From: an uncultured Candidatus Saccharibacteria bacterium
GTDB taxonomy: Bacteria > Patescibacteriota > Minisyncoccia > Minisyncoccales > UBA1441
DNA: 58,012 nt
Assembly (NCBI GenBank): GCA_964477715.1
Contig: CAYZEC010000015.1
Span: 1 to 58,012 of the forward strand
Direction of reading: 5' to 3'
Below the pieces are notes generated by a model. It did no database searches and had not been told where the DNA came from. It was given only the letters and a program-made list of their open reading frames with translations. This document shows, piece by piece, positions 1-9,372 of this stretch. Within the stretch, counting starts at the first letter, position 1, and the number at the start of each line of letters is the position of its first letter. The position numbers and the translations under genes were made by a program.

Positions 1-806
1 TTACCAGTCTCCCATTCATTTAAGAAACCATAAAGATGATAAGAATTCCAAAATTTTTCATCAACCGCTATTTTAGCGGCTATTCTTATCTCTTCAAAAT
101 TTGCCAGCCCACATTGATGAATTACCTCAAATTGTTCTAAAAGTGGTTGAAGTACATCAAGAGTGTTATTATTGATTATTTTGGCCCCCTGAGACCCTCC
201 AGAGATGAAGATAACTGGCTTGCTTGATAGAATGCCCAATGCTTTGCGAGATCCTTCCTTTTCTTGTTTTAACAAGCCCATCCTGATAGGATTCCCGACA
301 TTTAGATATCTCTTCTGGTTGTCTTTTTCTTCAGGGAAAGAGTTAAAAACTTCTAATGCCCATCGAGCGGCAAAACGATTAGTCTTTCCCATAACCGTAT
401 CCGATTCGTGAACAAAAATGGGTGTTTGTAGTAAAAGAGACCAAAAGACTGTTGAGAAGGCGCCATAACCCCCCTTACAGAAGACTAAATCGGGAGAAAT
501 GAAAAATAAATAGAAAAATGAAATAAAGAAGCTGGCGGGAATGTTAAAAATGATATCTGTAAAATTTCTCCAGGAAAAATAACGGCGAATTTTCCCGCCC
601 AAAGTAAACCGAACGGTAACTCCTTCTCTTGGAAGCAAATCAGCTGCTAAATTATCGCGTGGACCAATATAATAAAACTTAAAACTATTGTTTTTATCCA
701 ACCTCTTTATCTCTTGTATCACTGCAATAATGGGGAAAATATGCCCCCCACTTCCGCCTCCCGTGAAGACAATCTTAAATTGTTTCTTTTTATGTTTTTG
801 AATCAT
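1..806 (-). CDS. murG: MurG (undecaprenyl-PP-MurNAc-pentapeptide GlcNAc transferase), N-terminal part; C-terminus lies beyond window start
   Basis: Own translation of the minus strand from the ATG at 804-806 gives MIQKHKKKQFKIVFTGGGSGGHIFPIIAV... It carries the GGSGGH loop, VHESD and GGSQGA motifs and stays open to the window edge. It follows ftsW as in dcw clusters. It is absent from the ORF track because it runs off the window. Confidence 0.8.
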   Translation of the reverse strand, partial: MIQKHKKKQFKIVFTGGGSGGHIFPIIAVIQEIKRLDKNNSFKFYYIGPRDNLAADLLPREGVTVRFTLGGKIRRYFSWRNFTDIIFNIPASFFISFFYLFFISPDLVFCKGGYGAFSTVFWSLLLQTPIFVHESDTVMGKTNRFAARWALEVFNSFPEEKDNQKRYLNVGNPIRMGLLKQEKEGSRKALGILSSKPVIFISGGSQGAKIINNNTLDVLQPLLEQFEVIHQCGLANFEEIRIAAKIAVDEKFWNSYHLYGFLNEWETG

Positions 807-1884
807 TGATTAAAAAACCAATAGCCATAATTTGAGTTGTTAGAGCTGAGCCTCCATAACTAATGAAAGGAAGAGGCATTCCAGTTAACGGGATCAAGCC
901 AATATTAGCGGCAATATGAATAAAGGATTGGATACTGATCCAGGTCATTATTCCAATACTGAGCAAGTAGCGATATCGGTCGGAATGCCCAATTGCTATT
1001 CGGAACGCAAACCAGATCCAGGTAACAAACAAAGCAATCAGCAATAAGGATCCGATAAAGCCTAGCTCTTCTGCTATTATAGCAAAGATTGAATCACTTA
1101 TGGAGTGGGGCAAAAAACCAAATTTTTGACGGCTTAATCCTAAGCCTAAACCAAACAAACCGCCAGACCCAATGGCATAAAGCATTTGTTTGATTTGGTA
1201 TCCAGCCGCCAATGGAGCCTTCCCAGGATCGAGAAACGTTAATAATCTCATTAATCGGTATGAAGAAAAGCGCGTGAAAATCCAAAAACATAGGGCAACT
1301 AAAGAACCAATCATGAGAATATTTCCAAATGGCATGCCAGCTGCAAAATACATCGTCAAAGCAATGGCGATGATAACTCCCAGTGTGCTTAAATCTGGCT
1401 GGAAGATCATCAGAGCGCCAATAACTATAATTAAAACAGTAAATGATCCAAAAAGCTTGCGATATTCTTTTCGATCGGTAAATTCAGCTGCAATATGCGC
1501 AAAATAAAGAATAAAAACTATTTTGAGTAATTCTGCTGGTTGGAATGAGATTGGTCCAAGCCTTAACCAACGACGGCTGCCCCCTAAAATTGTTCCGAGA
1601 TAGGGCAAGAACAACAAGACAAGTAATCCTAGGTTAGCAATTAATAAATAGGGCGTTATCTTTCTGAATCGATTTAAGGGAAGTTTGTAGGCTAAAATTC
1701 CTAAAAGTAACCCTGGCAATATTCCATGCAATAATTGTCTTTTTAGATAATAAAAGCTATCTCCGAATTCAGCTAATGCGCTGGGAGCGGATGTGGTTGC
1801 TAAAACTAGTAGGCCGACAAATGTAAGCAAGAAAGATAACCCTAGCACCATTCGATAATTCCCGCGATAATTTCTATTTTTCAT
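790..1884 (-). CDS. ftsW: SEDS-family peptidoglycan glycosyltransferase FtsW/RodA
   Basis: Polytopic membrane protein with the SEDS C-terminal motif GMPLPFISYGGSA, located between murD and murG. The ORF-track start (2016) overlaps murD by 143 nt, so the internal ATG (MKNRNYRG...) at 1884 is preferred. Confidence 0.8.
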   Translation of the reverse strand: MKNRNYRGNYRMVLGLSFLLTFVGLLVLATTSAPSALAEFGDSFYYLKRQLLHGILPGLLLGILAYKLPLNRFRKITPYLLIANLGLLVLLFLPYLGTILGGSRRWLRLGPISFQPAELLKIVFILYFAHIAAEFTDRKEYRKLFGSFTVLIIVIGALMIFQPDLSTLGVIIAIALTMYFAAGMPFGNILMIGSLVALCFWIFTRFSSYRLMRLLTFLDPGKAPLAAGYQIKQMLYAIGSGGLFGLGLGLSRQKFGFLPHSISDSIFAIIAEELGFIGSLLLIALFVTWIWFAFRIAIGHSDRYRYLLSIGIMTWISIQSFIHIAANIGLIPLTGMPLPFISYGGSALTTQIMAIGFLINDSKT

Positions 1885-3289
1885 AAATTGGAGCCAATTT
1901 TCTAACCCATGTATTAAAAGAATCTCCACGATCTTGATAATCTTTAAAATTAGTAAAACTAGCCGAAGCCGGAGAAAGCAGGCATGCTTCTCCCGAGAGG
2001 GTCTGTTGGTAGGCAAAGTTTATCGCCTCTTCCATGGTCTCAACTTCTTTAATAACGGGATCAAGCTGATTTTTACGTTTAGACATTTCTCTGACCAGAG
2101 AAGATATTTTTAGTCCCGTCACGGGAAAGACTATAATATTTTTAATTTTATATTCGAGAATGCAACGAGCAAGTTCTTCATAATTTGAAAATTTATCTGA
2201 TCCACCAAGAATAAGTGTTCCTATTTTTAAATCTAAAGATTTAATTGCAGAAATTGTTGCTTCAGGAATGGTAGCAGCTGAATCGTTATAAAATACAATA
2301 TCAGCATATTCCCCTATCAATTCTAAGCGATAATGCGGAGACTGATAAGATAAAGATTTTGAAATAATGTCTGCATTAGATAAACCCATCAGCTTAGAAA
2401 CTATAACGGCCGGCAAAAGATTAGCCTGGAAAGAAAGGCTTTTTTGTCCAATATTTTCTTTTTCTAAGACTGTTTCTGCTTGATCGATTAATGAAGATCG
2501 GTATTTTAATTTATCTTTGCTCCAATAACAAAAACTTTGTTCATTACCAGACGGACTAAAAGAAATTTTCTGCGCGAGAGATTGTTCGGCAATTTTAGAA
2601 ATGATCTTATCGTCTGAATTATAGATTAACCAGTCATCTTTAGTCTGATGCTTCGCGATGTTATTCTTGGCAGCACAATAATCATCAAAATCTTTAAAAT
2701 AATCAAGATGATCTGCCATCAGGTTCAAAAAAATAGCAATATGGGGGCTAATATTTAACCGGCTTAGTTGATGAGATGACATTTCGTAAACAAATAACCT
2801 TTCTTCGCTTATTTCATCCCAAGAAGAAAAAGCGGGAATCCCCATATTTCCAATGAGAGTCGCTTTCAAAAAATCTTTGATCAGATGGTGAATAAGCGTA
2901 GCGGTGGTACTCTTCCCCTTTGTCCCTGTTATGCCAATAGTTTTTTCTTTAGCCTGGCGCAAAAATAATTCTGTTTCTGAGGTTATGATTAATTCTTCAG
3001 AAATTGCTTCTTGAATTTCCCTTTTATTAAATGATATTCCAGGAGATTTTAAAATTACTTGATAGTCTAGAATGTTTTTTAGATAGCTATCCCCTAGCTG
3101 CAGATCAACCAAAGAGTCTTCTTTTAAAATTTTTCTCCAAAATGGATTATTTTTCGTAGAAAGATTCTGATCAGCCAGTCCTAATCTCTTTTGAGGATAA
3201 AATTGGCGCAACAGTTTATAGGAGCTCTCCCCTTCTCTACCTAATCCTAAAATCAATATTTTCTTGTCAGATAATTCATGAATTGTCAT
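1874..3289 (-). CDS. murD: UDP-N-acetylmuramoylalanine--D-glutamate ligase
   Basis: Has the N-terminal Rossmann-like ILGLGREG and the Mur-ligase P-loop GITGTKGKSTT. It is 471 aa and sits in dcw context. Confidence 0.9.
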   Translation of the reverse strand: MTIHELSDKKILILGLGREGESSYKLLRQFYPQKRLGLADQNLSTKNNPFWRKILKEDSLVDLQLGDSYLKNILDYQVILKSPGISFNKREIQEAISEELIITSETELFLRQAKEKTIGITGTKGKSTTATLIHHLIKDFLKATLIGNMGIPAFSSWDEISEERLFVYEMSSHQLSRLNISPHIAIFLNLMADHLDYFKDFDDYCAAKNNIAKHQTKDDWLIYNSDDKIISKIAEQSLAQKISFSPSGNEQSFCYWSKDKLKYRSSLIDQAETVLEKENIGQKSLSFQANLLPAVIVSKLMGLSNADIISKSLSYQSPHYRLELIGEYADIVFYNDSAATIPEATISAIKSLDLKIGTLILGGSDKFSNYEELARCILEYKIKNIIVFPVTGLKISSLVREMSKRKNQLDPVIKEVETMEEAINFAYQQTLSGEACLLSPASASFTNFKDYQDRGDSFNTWVRKLAPIYEK

Positions 3290-4067
3290 AGATGATTTCT
3301 CCTTCGATGCTTTGGTTTAAACAAAGTTGACTGATTAATTCTAGATGATATGGTCTAGCACTGAAATAAAAACGATGATCTTTTCCTTTTAATATATTTG
3401 ACTCAACGTCTGGATTTTCTCGTAAAAAATCCACTATATTTTGAGCCAACATTTTAGCAGGATTAACTATTTTAACACTAGGCCCCATAATATCAGTGAT
3501 GAGGTCTTCTAGAAGCGGATAATGTGTGCAGCCCATAATAAGAGTATCGATTCCCTTTTCTTTTAGGGGGACCAGATATTCTTGAGCAATTTCCTTTGTC
3601 CCAGGACGACTCATCCACCCTTCTTCAATTATGGGTACAAATAAAGGGCATGCTTGCATGAACAATGAAGCTTCTCCTTCTAATTCGACGATTCTTTTTT
3701 CATATATTTTACTTTCAATAGTTCCGGGCGTGCCAATAACACCGATCTTCCTATTCAAGCTAACAGAGAGGGCTTCTTTTATTCCAGGAGTAAGAACGTC
3801 AAATAAAGGTTTTTCTATTTGTTTAGACAATATATCGTAAGCCCAAGAGGAAGCTGTGTGACATGCGATTACAACTAACCCTGCCCCGTGATCAATTAGC
3901 CAATCAGAGTGATTCTTAGACCATTGTCTAATCAAATAATCTTGCTTTGTTCCATAAGGCAGACGAGCAGTATCTCCAAAATACAATATTTGATATTCGG
4001 GCAATAAATTGAATAATTCTTTAACAACAGTTAGGCCTCCTAACCCTGAATCGAAGACTCCAATCAT
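3276..4067 (-). CDS. murI: Glutamate racemase
   Basis: Has MIGVFDSGLGGLTV at the N-terminus and the two catalytic Cys motifs (IACHTAS, GCTHYP). Length is 263 aa. Confidence 0.9.
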   Translation of the reverse strand: MIGVFDSGLGGLTVVKELFNLLPEYQILYFGDTARLPYGTKQDYLIRQWSKNHSDWLIDHGAGLVVIACHTASSWAYDILSKQIEKPLFDVLTPGIKEALSVSLNRKIGVIGTPGTIESKIYEKRIVELEGEASLFMQACPLFVPIIEEGWMSRPGTKEIAQEYLVPLKEKGIDTLIMGCTHYPLLEDLITDIMGPSVKIVNPAKMLAQNIVDFLRENPDVESNILKGKDHRFYFSARPYHLELISQLCLNQSIEGEIIYDNS

Positions 4068-4068
4068 A

Positions 4069-5142
4069 TTAACTTAACAATTTAATAGTTACACCGATTA
4101 ATGCCGCTATCAATCCGATTATCCAAAATCTCATAGTTACTTTATAGTGCGGCCATCCCTTGGCCTCAAAATGATGATGAATAGGAGCAGCTAATAATAA
4201 CTTTCGGCCGAAAAATTTTTTAGAAAATAATTGAATTATTACGGATCCTGATTCTAACACTAATAGAAATGCGATAATCGGTAAAACCAACAAGGAATCA
4301 GTTAAGAAAACGATTACGGTTAAAACAGCACATAGCCCCATAATACCTGTTTCGCCAAGATAGAATCTGGCGGGAGGGATATTAAACCATAGAAAAGAAA
4401 GCAATGCGCCCACTAGTACAAAACAAAAAGCAGCTAAGTCGTATTGAGCATTAAAAAATGTAATTATGGTGAAGGCAGCGAGAATGATTGCAAAAACTCC
4501 ACCCGCCAAGCCATCTAAGCCATCAATAATACCACCGCTATAAGTAGCTAGCATTGTGACAATAAAAATTGGAATTAACCACCAGCCAACAAATAGACTA
4601 GAAAATCCTGGAATTCCGATGCTGACAATCCCTAGTTTCGAGTAAAACCACCATCCTCCGATTAAGCCGATTAATCCAGTTAATCCGATCCGCCAGGATA
4701 ATTTTAATCCTCCGCCAACATATTTCCCCGATCCTCTTATCTGTAGTAAATCATCAGTTAGGCCGATCAACGAAGCTGAAATAAGGGCAAACATGGGCAA
4801 CCATGTTTGAGCTCGGCTAATGAAATTTATTTTTTCTCCCGAACCAATATCAAATAAACTCAGGGAAAAGAAAATGAAGGCAACCAATAAAGGAATTGAC
4901 CACACAATAACACCTCCTACGCGTGGAATGCGAGTCCCCTCCCCTCCGTGAAACTTGCTGACGACTTCTAATTTTTTCCCATCTATGCTCTTATCTTTAT
5001 CCTTTTTTCTCCAAAGTTGGTGGCGATAAATAAAATTGGTAAATTTTGGCATAATGAGCAATGATAGCAGAAAGGTAAAACAGCCTAGTCCGAAAATGCG
5101 AATTACTTGCCAAATGATAAAGGAATCAGTTTCAAAAATCAT
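4069..5142 (-). CDS. mraY: Phospho-N-acetylmuramoyl-pentapeptide transferase
   Basis: Multi-TM protein with MraY motifs LTDDLLQIRG, IIDGLDGLAGG and PIHHHFEAKGW. Confidence 0.9.
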   Translation of the reverse strand: MIFETDSFIIWQVIRIFGLGCFTFLLSLLIMPKFTNFIYRHQLWRKKDKDKSIDGKKLEVVSKFHGGEGTRIPRVGGVIVWSIPLLVAFIFFSLSLFDIGSGEKINFISRAQTWLPMFALISASLIGLTDDLLQIRGSGKYVGGGLKLSWRIGLTGLIGLIGGWWFYSKLGIVSIGIPGFSSLFVGWWLIPIFIVTMLATYSGGIIDGLDGLAGGVFAIILAAFTIITFFNAQYDLAAFCFVLVGALLSFLWFNIPPARFYLGETGIMGLCAVLTVIVFLTDSLLVLPIIAFLLVLESGSVIIQLFSKKFFGRKLLLAAPIHHHFEAKGWPHYKVTMRFWIIGLIAALIGVTIKLLS

Positions 5143-6205
5143 AATAATTCGAAGAATAAAGGTAAGCCCGAGGGATCCATTCTAATATTTTTTTAGTGTC
5201 TTCAAAGCGATTTTTAGAACCCAGCACCACAATGACCAAATAACTGTCATTAGCCTCGATATTGAAGATTGAAATTAAACATTCACCAGCTACTGGTAGA
5301 TAGCCAGTTTTTCCACCAACCATTTTTTCATAATATTCAAGAAGTTGATTATTATTTATCGCTCGATGATAAAAGGCGCCAGTTTCATCGTAAATAGGGT
5401 ATGTCTTTGTCGCTAAAATATCTTTTATTATTTCATAATCTGGATTTTGCCAAAGATAAGAGATGATTTTTGTTAATTCATGACTCGTTGATTGATTACT
5501 AGCACTAGAAAATGCATTTAAGCCACTGGGTGTGACAAAAACCGTTTGTTTTAACCCTAGGATATTTGCCTTTTTATTCATAGCAGATATAAATTCATTG
5601 ACATCCTGGTGAGCTTCAGCCAGAGCATAAGCTGCTCCATTATTTGATTCCATTAACATCAAATAGAGTAGGTTTTTAACACTCAAACAATCTCCTTCTC
5701 TTAAAATGTTTGATCCACCCATTTGATTAGCAGCACTATAAGACACGATAATCGGCTGATCAAGATTCAATGAATCAATAGTGATCATCGCTGTCATTAA
5801 CTTCGTAATGCTTGCAATAACATAAGGGTGGTCGGCGTTTTTTTCTAAAAGATTTTTCACTGATCCGTCAGAATGAACTTCAATGGCTGAAGCCGAATAT
5901 AGCTCTAAATCTAATTCAGCAACAGACCAATTTCTAATAGGCCGATAAAATTCAAGTAATCTATTTACTTGATCATAATTTTGCGCAATTAAATCTTCAG
6001 GATTAAGAATTTTCCAATAAAAATAATTTGTTAATAAGGGCCTCATCACAAAAAAAGAAAAAATAATCAAAACAAACCCCCCTCCTATTAAGAACAACTC
6101 TTTCCTGCTTAATTCTATCTTCTGAATTTTCCGGTGCTTTTTATTATATCTCGAAAAATATTTTCGAAGATAGCTTATTCTTTTGATTTTTGAGGAATTA
6201 GGCAT
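5132..6205 (-). CDS. Serine-type D-Ala-D-Ala carboxypeptidase (PBP5/S11-like), N-terminal membrane anchor
   Basis: Has the penicillin-binding motif triad SITK (SxxK), SNN (SxN) and KTGY (KTG), plus one N-terminal TM helix. Confidence 0.75.
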   Translation of the reverse strand: MPNSSKIKRISYLRKYFSRYNKKHRKIQKIELSRKELFLIGGGFVLIIFSFFVMRPLLTNYFYWKILNPEDLIAQNYDQVNRLLEFYRPIRNWSVAELDLELYSASAIEVHSDGSVKNLLEKNADHPYVIASITKLMTAMITIDSLNLDQPIIVSYSAANQMGGSNILREGDCLSVKNLLYLMLMESNNGAAYALAEAHQDVNEFISAMNKKANILGLKQTVFVTPSGLNAFSSASNQSTSHELTKIISYLWQNPDYEIIKDILATKTYPIYDETGAFYHRAINNNQLLEYYEKMVGGKTGYLPVAGECLISIFNIEANDSYLVIVVLGSKNRFEDTKKILEWIPRAYLYSSNYYDF

Positions 6206-7566
6206 AATTCATTTAATTGTTCAGGGCTGATAGAAGCTGGTGATCCAGTCATTAATTCCCGGCCTCCTTCTGTTTTAGGAAAAGGAATGACCTCGCGAAT
6301 ATTTTTCTCATCAAGCATAATGGATAAGAATCGGTCCAGTCCAATAGCAATTCCTCCGTGTGGTGGAACGCCGAAGCTGAAAGCTTCAAGCAAATGGCCA
6401 AAGTTTTCTTTGATGGCTGATTCGTTGTGGCCTAAAACTTCAAAAATAGTCTGGAGCATCTCTGGACGGTATGTCCTTAAGCTGCCTCCGCCTATTTCGG
6501 ATCCGTTTAAAACCAAGTCATATTGAAACGCTTTTATCGCGCCCGGATTATCTTTAACTTCTTGGCAATTTTCGGTTTGTGGGCGAGTAAAGGGATGATG
6601 GACGGGAGACCAACCAGCTTTATTGGCTGTTTTTTCAAACATAGGAAAATCAACGACAAAAGCAAAGGCCAATTCTTTGTTGTCTTTGATATCTTTTCGT
6701 AAATCAGGACGATCGCTTTTATGTTTTTCCATCGCTTGCTCGTATGGCATGCGAGGGAAAGGAAATTCCTTTATCTTTTTATCAGGAAAAACCTTTTCTA
6801 CAACTTGGCGGAACATTTCTTCTATCAATTTTAAAATTTCTTCTTGTCCGACAAAAGATAATTCTATGTCTAGTTGAGTAAATTCTGCCTGACGATCAGC
6901 TCGAAAATCTTCATCTCGAAAACAACGAGCAATTTGAAAATATCTTTCAAGCCCCGCTACCATTAATAATTGTTTATATTGTTGAGGGCTTTGAGGCAAG
7001 GCATAAAAATTGCCTGGATAATGACGAGACGGAACAACAAAATCACGGGCACCTTCTGGCGTTGATCTGGCTAAAATAGGCGTATCAACTTCTCTAAAAT
7101 CTTTATCGCTCAAATAGTTTCTGACTAATTGAAATACTTGATGACGAATTGTTAGATTATGCTGCATTCTGGGCCTTCTTAGATCCAGATAGCGATATTT
7201 TAAGCGACTTTCTTCGGCAATATTTAACCCATCTTCTCTTAAATCAAAAGGTGGCGTTTCAGCTTGACTCAATATCTTGATCTGTGTTGCTTGAATTTCT
7301 ATTTGACCATTTGCCGAATCTCGGTTGACCATACTTTCAGGTCGATTGTGCACTTGGCCAATTATTTCAACAACCCACTCTGGCCGAAGTAGATCGGCAT
7401 GTTCAATTTCTTTAGAGCAAACTACCTGAACCGAACCAGTTCGATCACGCAAATCTAAAAAAATAATCTTTCCATGATCTCGGAAAGTGTTAATCCACCC
7501 ACTAATCTTAACCCTTTTTTCAACAAGATCAGAAACGTTTTCAACGAGCACTCTATCCATTTCCAT
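6175..7566 (-). CDS. aspS: Aspartyl-tRNA synthetase, bacterial-type core lacking the GAD insertion domain
   Basis: Contains QSPQQYKQLLMVAGLERYFQIARCFRDEDFRADRQAEFTQLD (class II motif 2 region) and the C-terminal GGIAIGLDR motif 3. The ORF-track start 7572 is TTG. The first ATG is at 7566, with another at 7560. Confidence 0.9.
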   Translation of the reverse strand: MEMDRVLVENVSDLVEKRVKISGWINTFRDHGKIIFLDLRDRTGSVQVVCSKEIEHADLLRPEWVVEIIGQVHNRPESMVNRDSANGQIEIQATQIKILSQAETPPFDLREDGLNIAEESRLKYRYLDLRRPRMQHNLTIRHQVFQLVRNYLSDKDFREVDTPILARSTPEGARDFVVPSRHYPGNFYALPQSPQQYKQLLMVAGLERYFQIARCFRDEDFRADRQAEFTQLDIELSFVGQEEILKLIEEMFRQVVEKVFPDKKIKEFPFPRMPYEQAMEKHKSDRPDLRKDIKDNKELAFAFVVDFPMFEKTANKAGWSPVHHPFTRPQTENCQEVKDNPGAIKAFQYDLVLNGSEIGGGSLRTYRPEMLQTIFEVLGHNESAIKENFGHLLEAFSFGVPPHGGIAIGLDRFLSIMLDEKNIREVIPFPKTEGGRELMTGSPASISPEQLNELCLIPQKSKE

Positions 7567-7927
7567 TTTCAAAGTAATTTCTAATTTTATCGACTATTTC
7601 CTGGGGATCGTGATTGGCTTTAATGATATACTCTTTAATTCCGAATTTTAAAGCTTTCTTTTCAGTTTCTGGATTATCATAATTAGAAAAAACAATAACC
7701 GGGATTTTTTTCAAAATTTCTTCCTTTTCAGCTTCTTCTAAAAAGAAAAGGCCATTTTCATTTGGCAAAATAATATCTAAAACAATTAAATCGGGGCTTG
7801 TTTCTTTCGCTAAAACTAGGCCTTCTTTAGCCGTGCGAGCAACAACTACTTCAAAACCCGTTCGACTAAATTTTTCTTGATACATCCGAATAAGCATTTC
7901 TTCATCTTCTATAAGCAAAATTTTCAT
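7553..7927 (-). CDS. Stand-alone response-regulator receiver domain (CheY-like)
   Basis: 124 aa. Begins MKILLIEDEE, has the phospho-acceptor context DLIVLDIILP and a conserved Lys near the end (IIKANH). No output domain. Confidence 0.8.
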   Translation of the reverse strand: MKILLIEDEEMLIRMYQEKFSRTGFEVVVARTAKEGLVLAKETSPDLIVLDIILPNENGLFFLEEAEKEEILKKIPVIVFSNYDNPETEKKALKFGIKEYIIKANHDPQEIVDKIRNYFENGNG

Positions 7928-7929
7928 TT

Positions 7930-8625
7930 TTATTCTTTTTTAATTTTATCGCTTAAACGTTTCAAGAAATCCTTAGCTATTTCTTGCCCGCCCAAACCAA
8001 AAGCTAATCCAAAGGATAGCACTAAAAAGTAAACTAATCCTTGGAAAAGAATAATTGTCATCTCGGGAGCAACTCCAATTTGTTTCAGAATAATTAATAC
8101 AGCCAAACCCCAGATAATCCATCGAGCAAATTTTTCGATAATAAAAGCATAGCTAGAGTCTATCCAGTTAATAGAAATTCTGACAATGTTTCCCATAGCA
8201 TCAGCTAATATTGTTGCTGCTATAAAAACGAAAATAGCAATTAAAAGATTCGGAAGCCAATGCACAATCATCATAATGAAATTAGCAATCGTTAGCAGAT
8301 CTAATGCCTCGGCAGCCATAGCTAAGAAGAGCAAAATTAATAACCATTTTACAACCCATCCAACAATATCTGATATGCCTGATTTTATTCCCGATTGCTC
8401 TAGCCCCCTTTTCCAGCTATTTTGACTGAATAGCTTGTCAATTCTTATCCTTTTTAGAATCCTGACAACTAAATGACTTAACCAGATAGCTAAAAGGCAC
8501 CCTAAGATGAAGGCAATTAGTGTAAAGAAAAAAAATGGTAGTTTCGCTTGAAGATTGCTCCATGCCGTCGCGATCACTGATTCTAAGTTTAAATAATTGA
8601 TAATCATAGTTATTAATTTTAGCAA
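7930..8625 (-). CDS. Hypothetical polytopic membrane protein (possibly conserved-TM-helix / MscS-N-terminal-like)
   Basis: 231-aa ORF with about 5 hydrophobic helices and no catalytic motif recognised. The ORF-track start is TTG. The first ATG is at 8607. Confidence 0.45.
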   Translation of the reverse strand: MLKLITMIINYLNLESVIATAWSNLQAKLPFFFFTLIAFILGCLLAIWLSHLVVRILKRIRIDKLFSQNSWKRGLEQSGIKSGISDIVGWVVKWLLILLFLAMAAEALDLLTIANFIMMIVHWLPNLLIAIFVFIAATILADAMGNIVRISINWIDSSYAFIIEKFARWIIWGLAVLIILKQIGVAPEMTIILFQGLVYFLVLSFGLAFGLGGQEIAKDFLKRLSDKIKKE

Positions 8626-8627
8626 AA

Positions 8628-9239
8628 TTAAGTTACGTCATCAATGAAAAAATCATTATAAGCCTCGATAATTTGAGCCGAAACCTCGTCTAAGCTCTTT
8701 TCTCCATCAATTATAATTATCTTATCAAATTCTTGAGCGATCCTTTCATAGCCTAAAGAAACTTTTTTCAGAACATCGATTTTTTCAAATAGCTCCAAGT
8801 TAAATCGATTTTTATTTATTCTTGATAAACAAGTTTCTGGGCTAGCTTTTAAAATAAAAGTTAAATCTGGTTGAATAAAATGTTTATTAATCTCTTTCAA
8901 CCAATTCCAATCATCAACATCGGTAGACCCAAAGGCTATAGTCGAAAAAAAATATCGATCAGTTATGACTGAAATTCCTTGATTTAATAATGGAAGGATT
9001 TCTTTTTCCAGATGATAAGCTCGGTCAGAAGCGAATAATAATTGCAGGCATTCAGGACCAGAGTGCCAGGCATTTGTCAGCTGACCACGAATCAAGCCCC
9101 CGATTAAACCATTTGTTGGTTCTTTTGTAATATGGCAACTAATATTTTTTTTGCTAAAATAATCAGCCAATTTATTTGCTTGAGTGCTTTGTCCCGAACC
9201 GTCTAGCCCTTCAAATGCTATGAATTTCCCTTTTTTCAT
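8628..9239 (-). CDS. tmk: Thymidylate kinase
   Basis: Has the P-loop FIAFEGLDGSGQSTQ and the DRY motif (TDRYFFS). Length is 203 aa. Confidence 0.9.
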   Translation of the reverse strand: MKKGKFIAFEGLDGSGQSTQANKLADYFSKKNISCHITKEPTNGLIGGLIRGQLTNAWHSGPECLQLLFASDRAYHLEKEILPLLNQGISVITDRYFFSTIAFGSTDVDDWNWLKEINKHFIQPDLTFILKASPETCLSRINKNRFNLELFEKIDVLKKVSLGYERIAQEFDKIIIIDGEKSLDEVSAQIIEAYNDFFIDDVT

Positions 9240-9372
9240 GCTCTTCTCATTCTACTATAAAAAAAATTTTCAGCAATTTATTTATTTTTCTTTATTTGAG
9301 ACACAAATAATTAATTATAAAACATATAAAAATTCATTTATTTCAGAACATGATCATTGCAGAAAAATATCT

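Noticed and set aside
790-2016. Long N-terminal extensions offered by the ORF track for ftsW, rpsP, rpsI, rpsD, rplP, rplB, rpsH and frr
   Set aside because: The extensions overlap the upstream gene by 40-140 nt, or start at TTG. Canonical N-termini begin at internal ATGs that abut the upstream stop codon.
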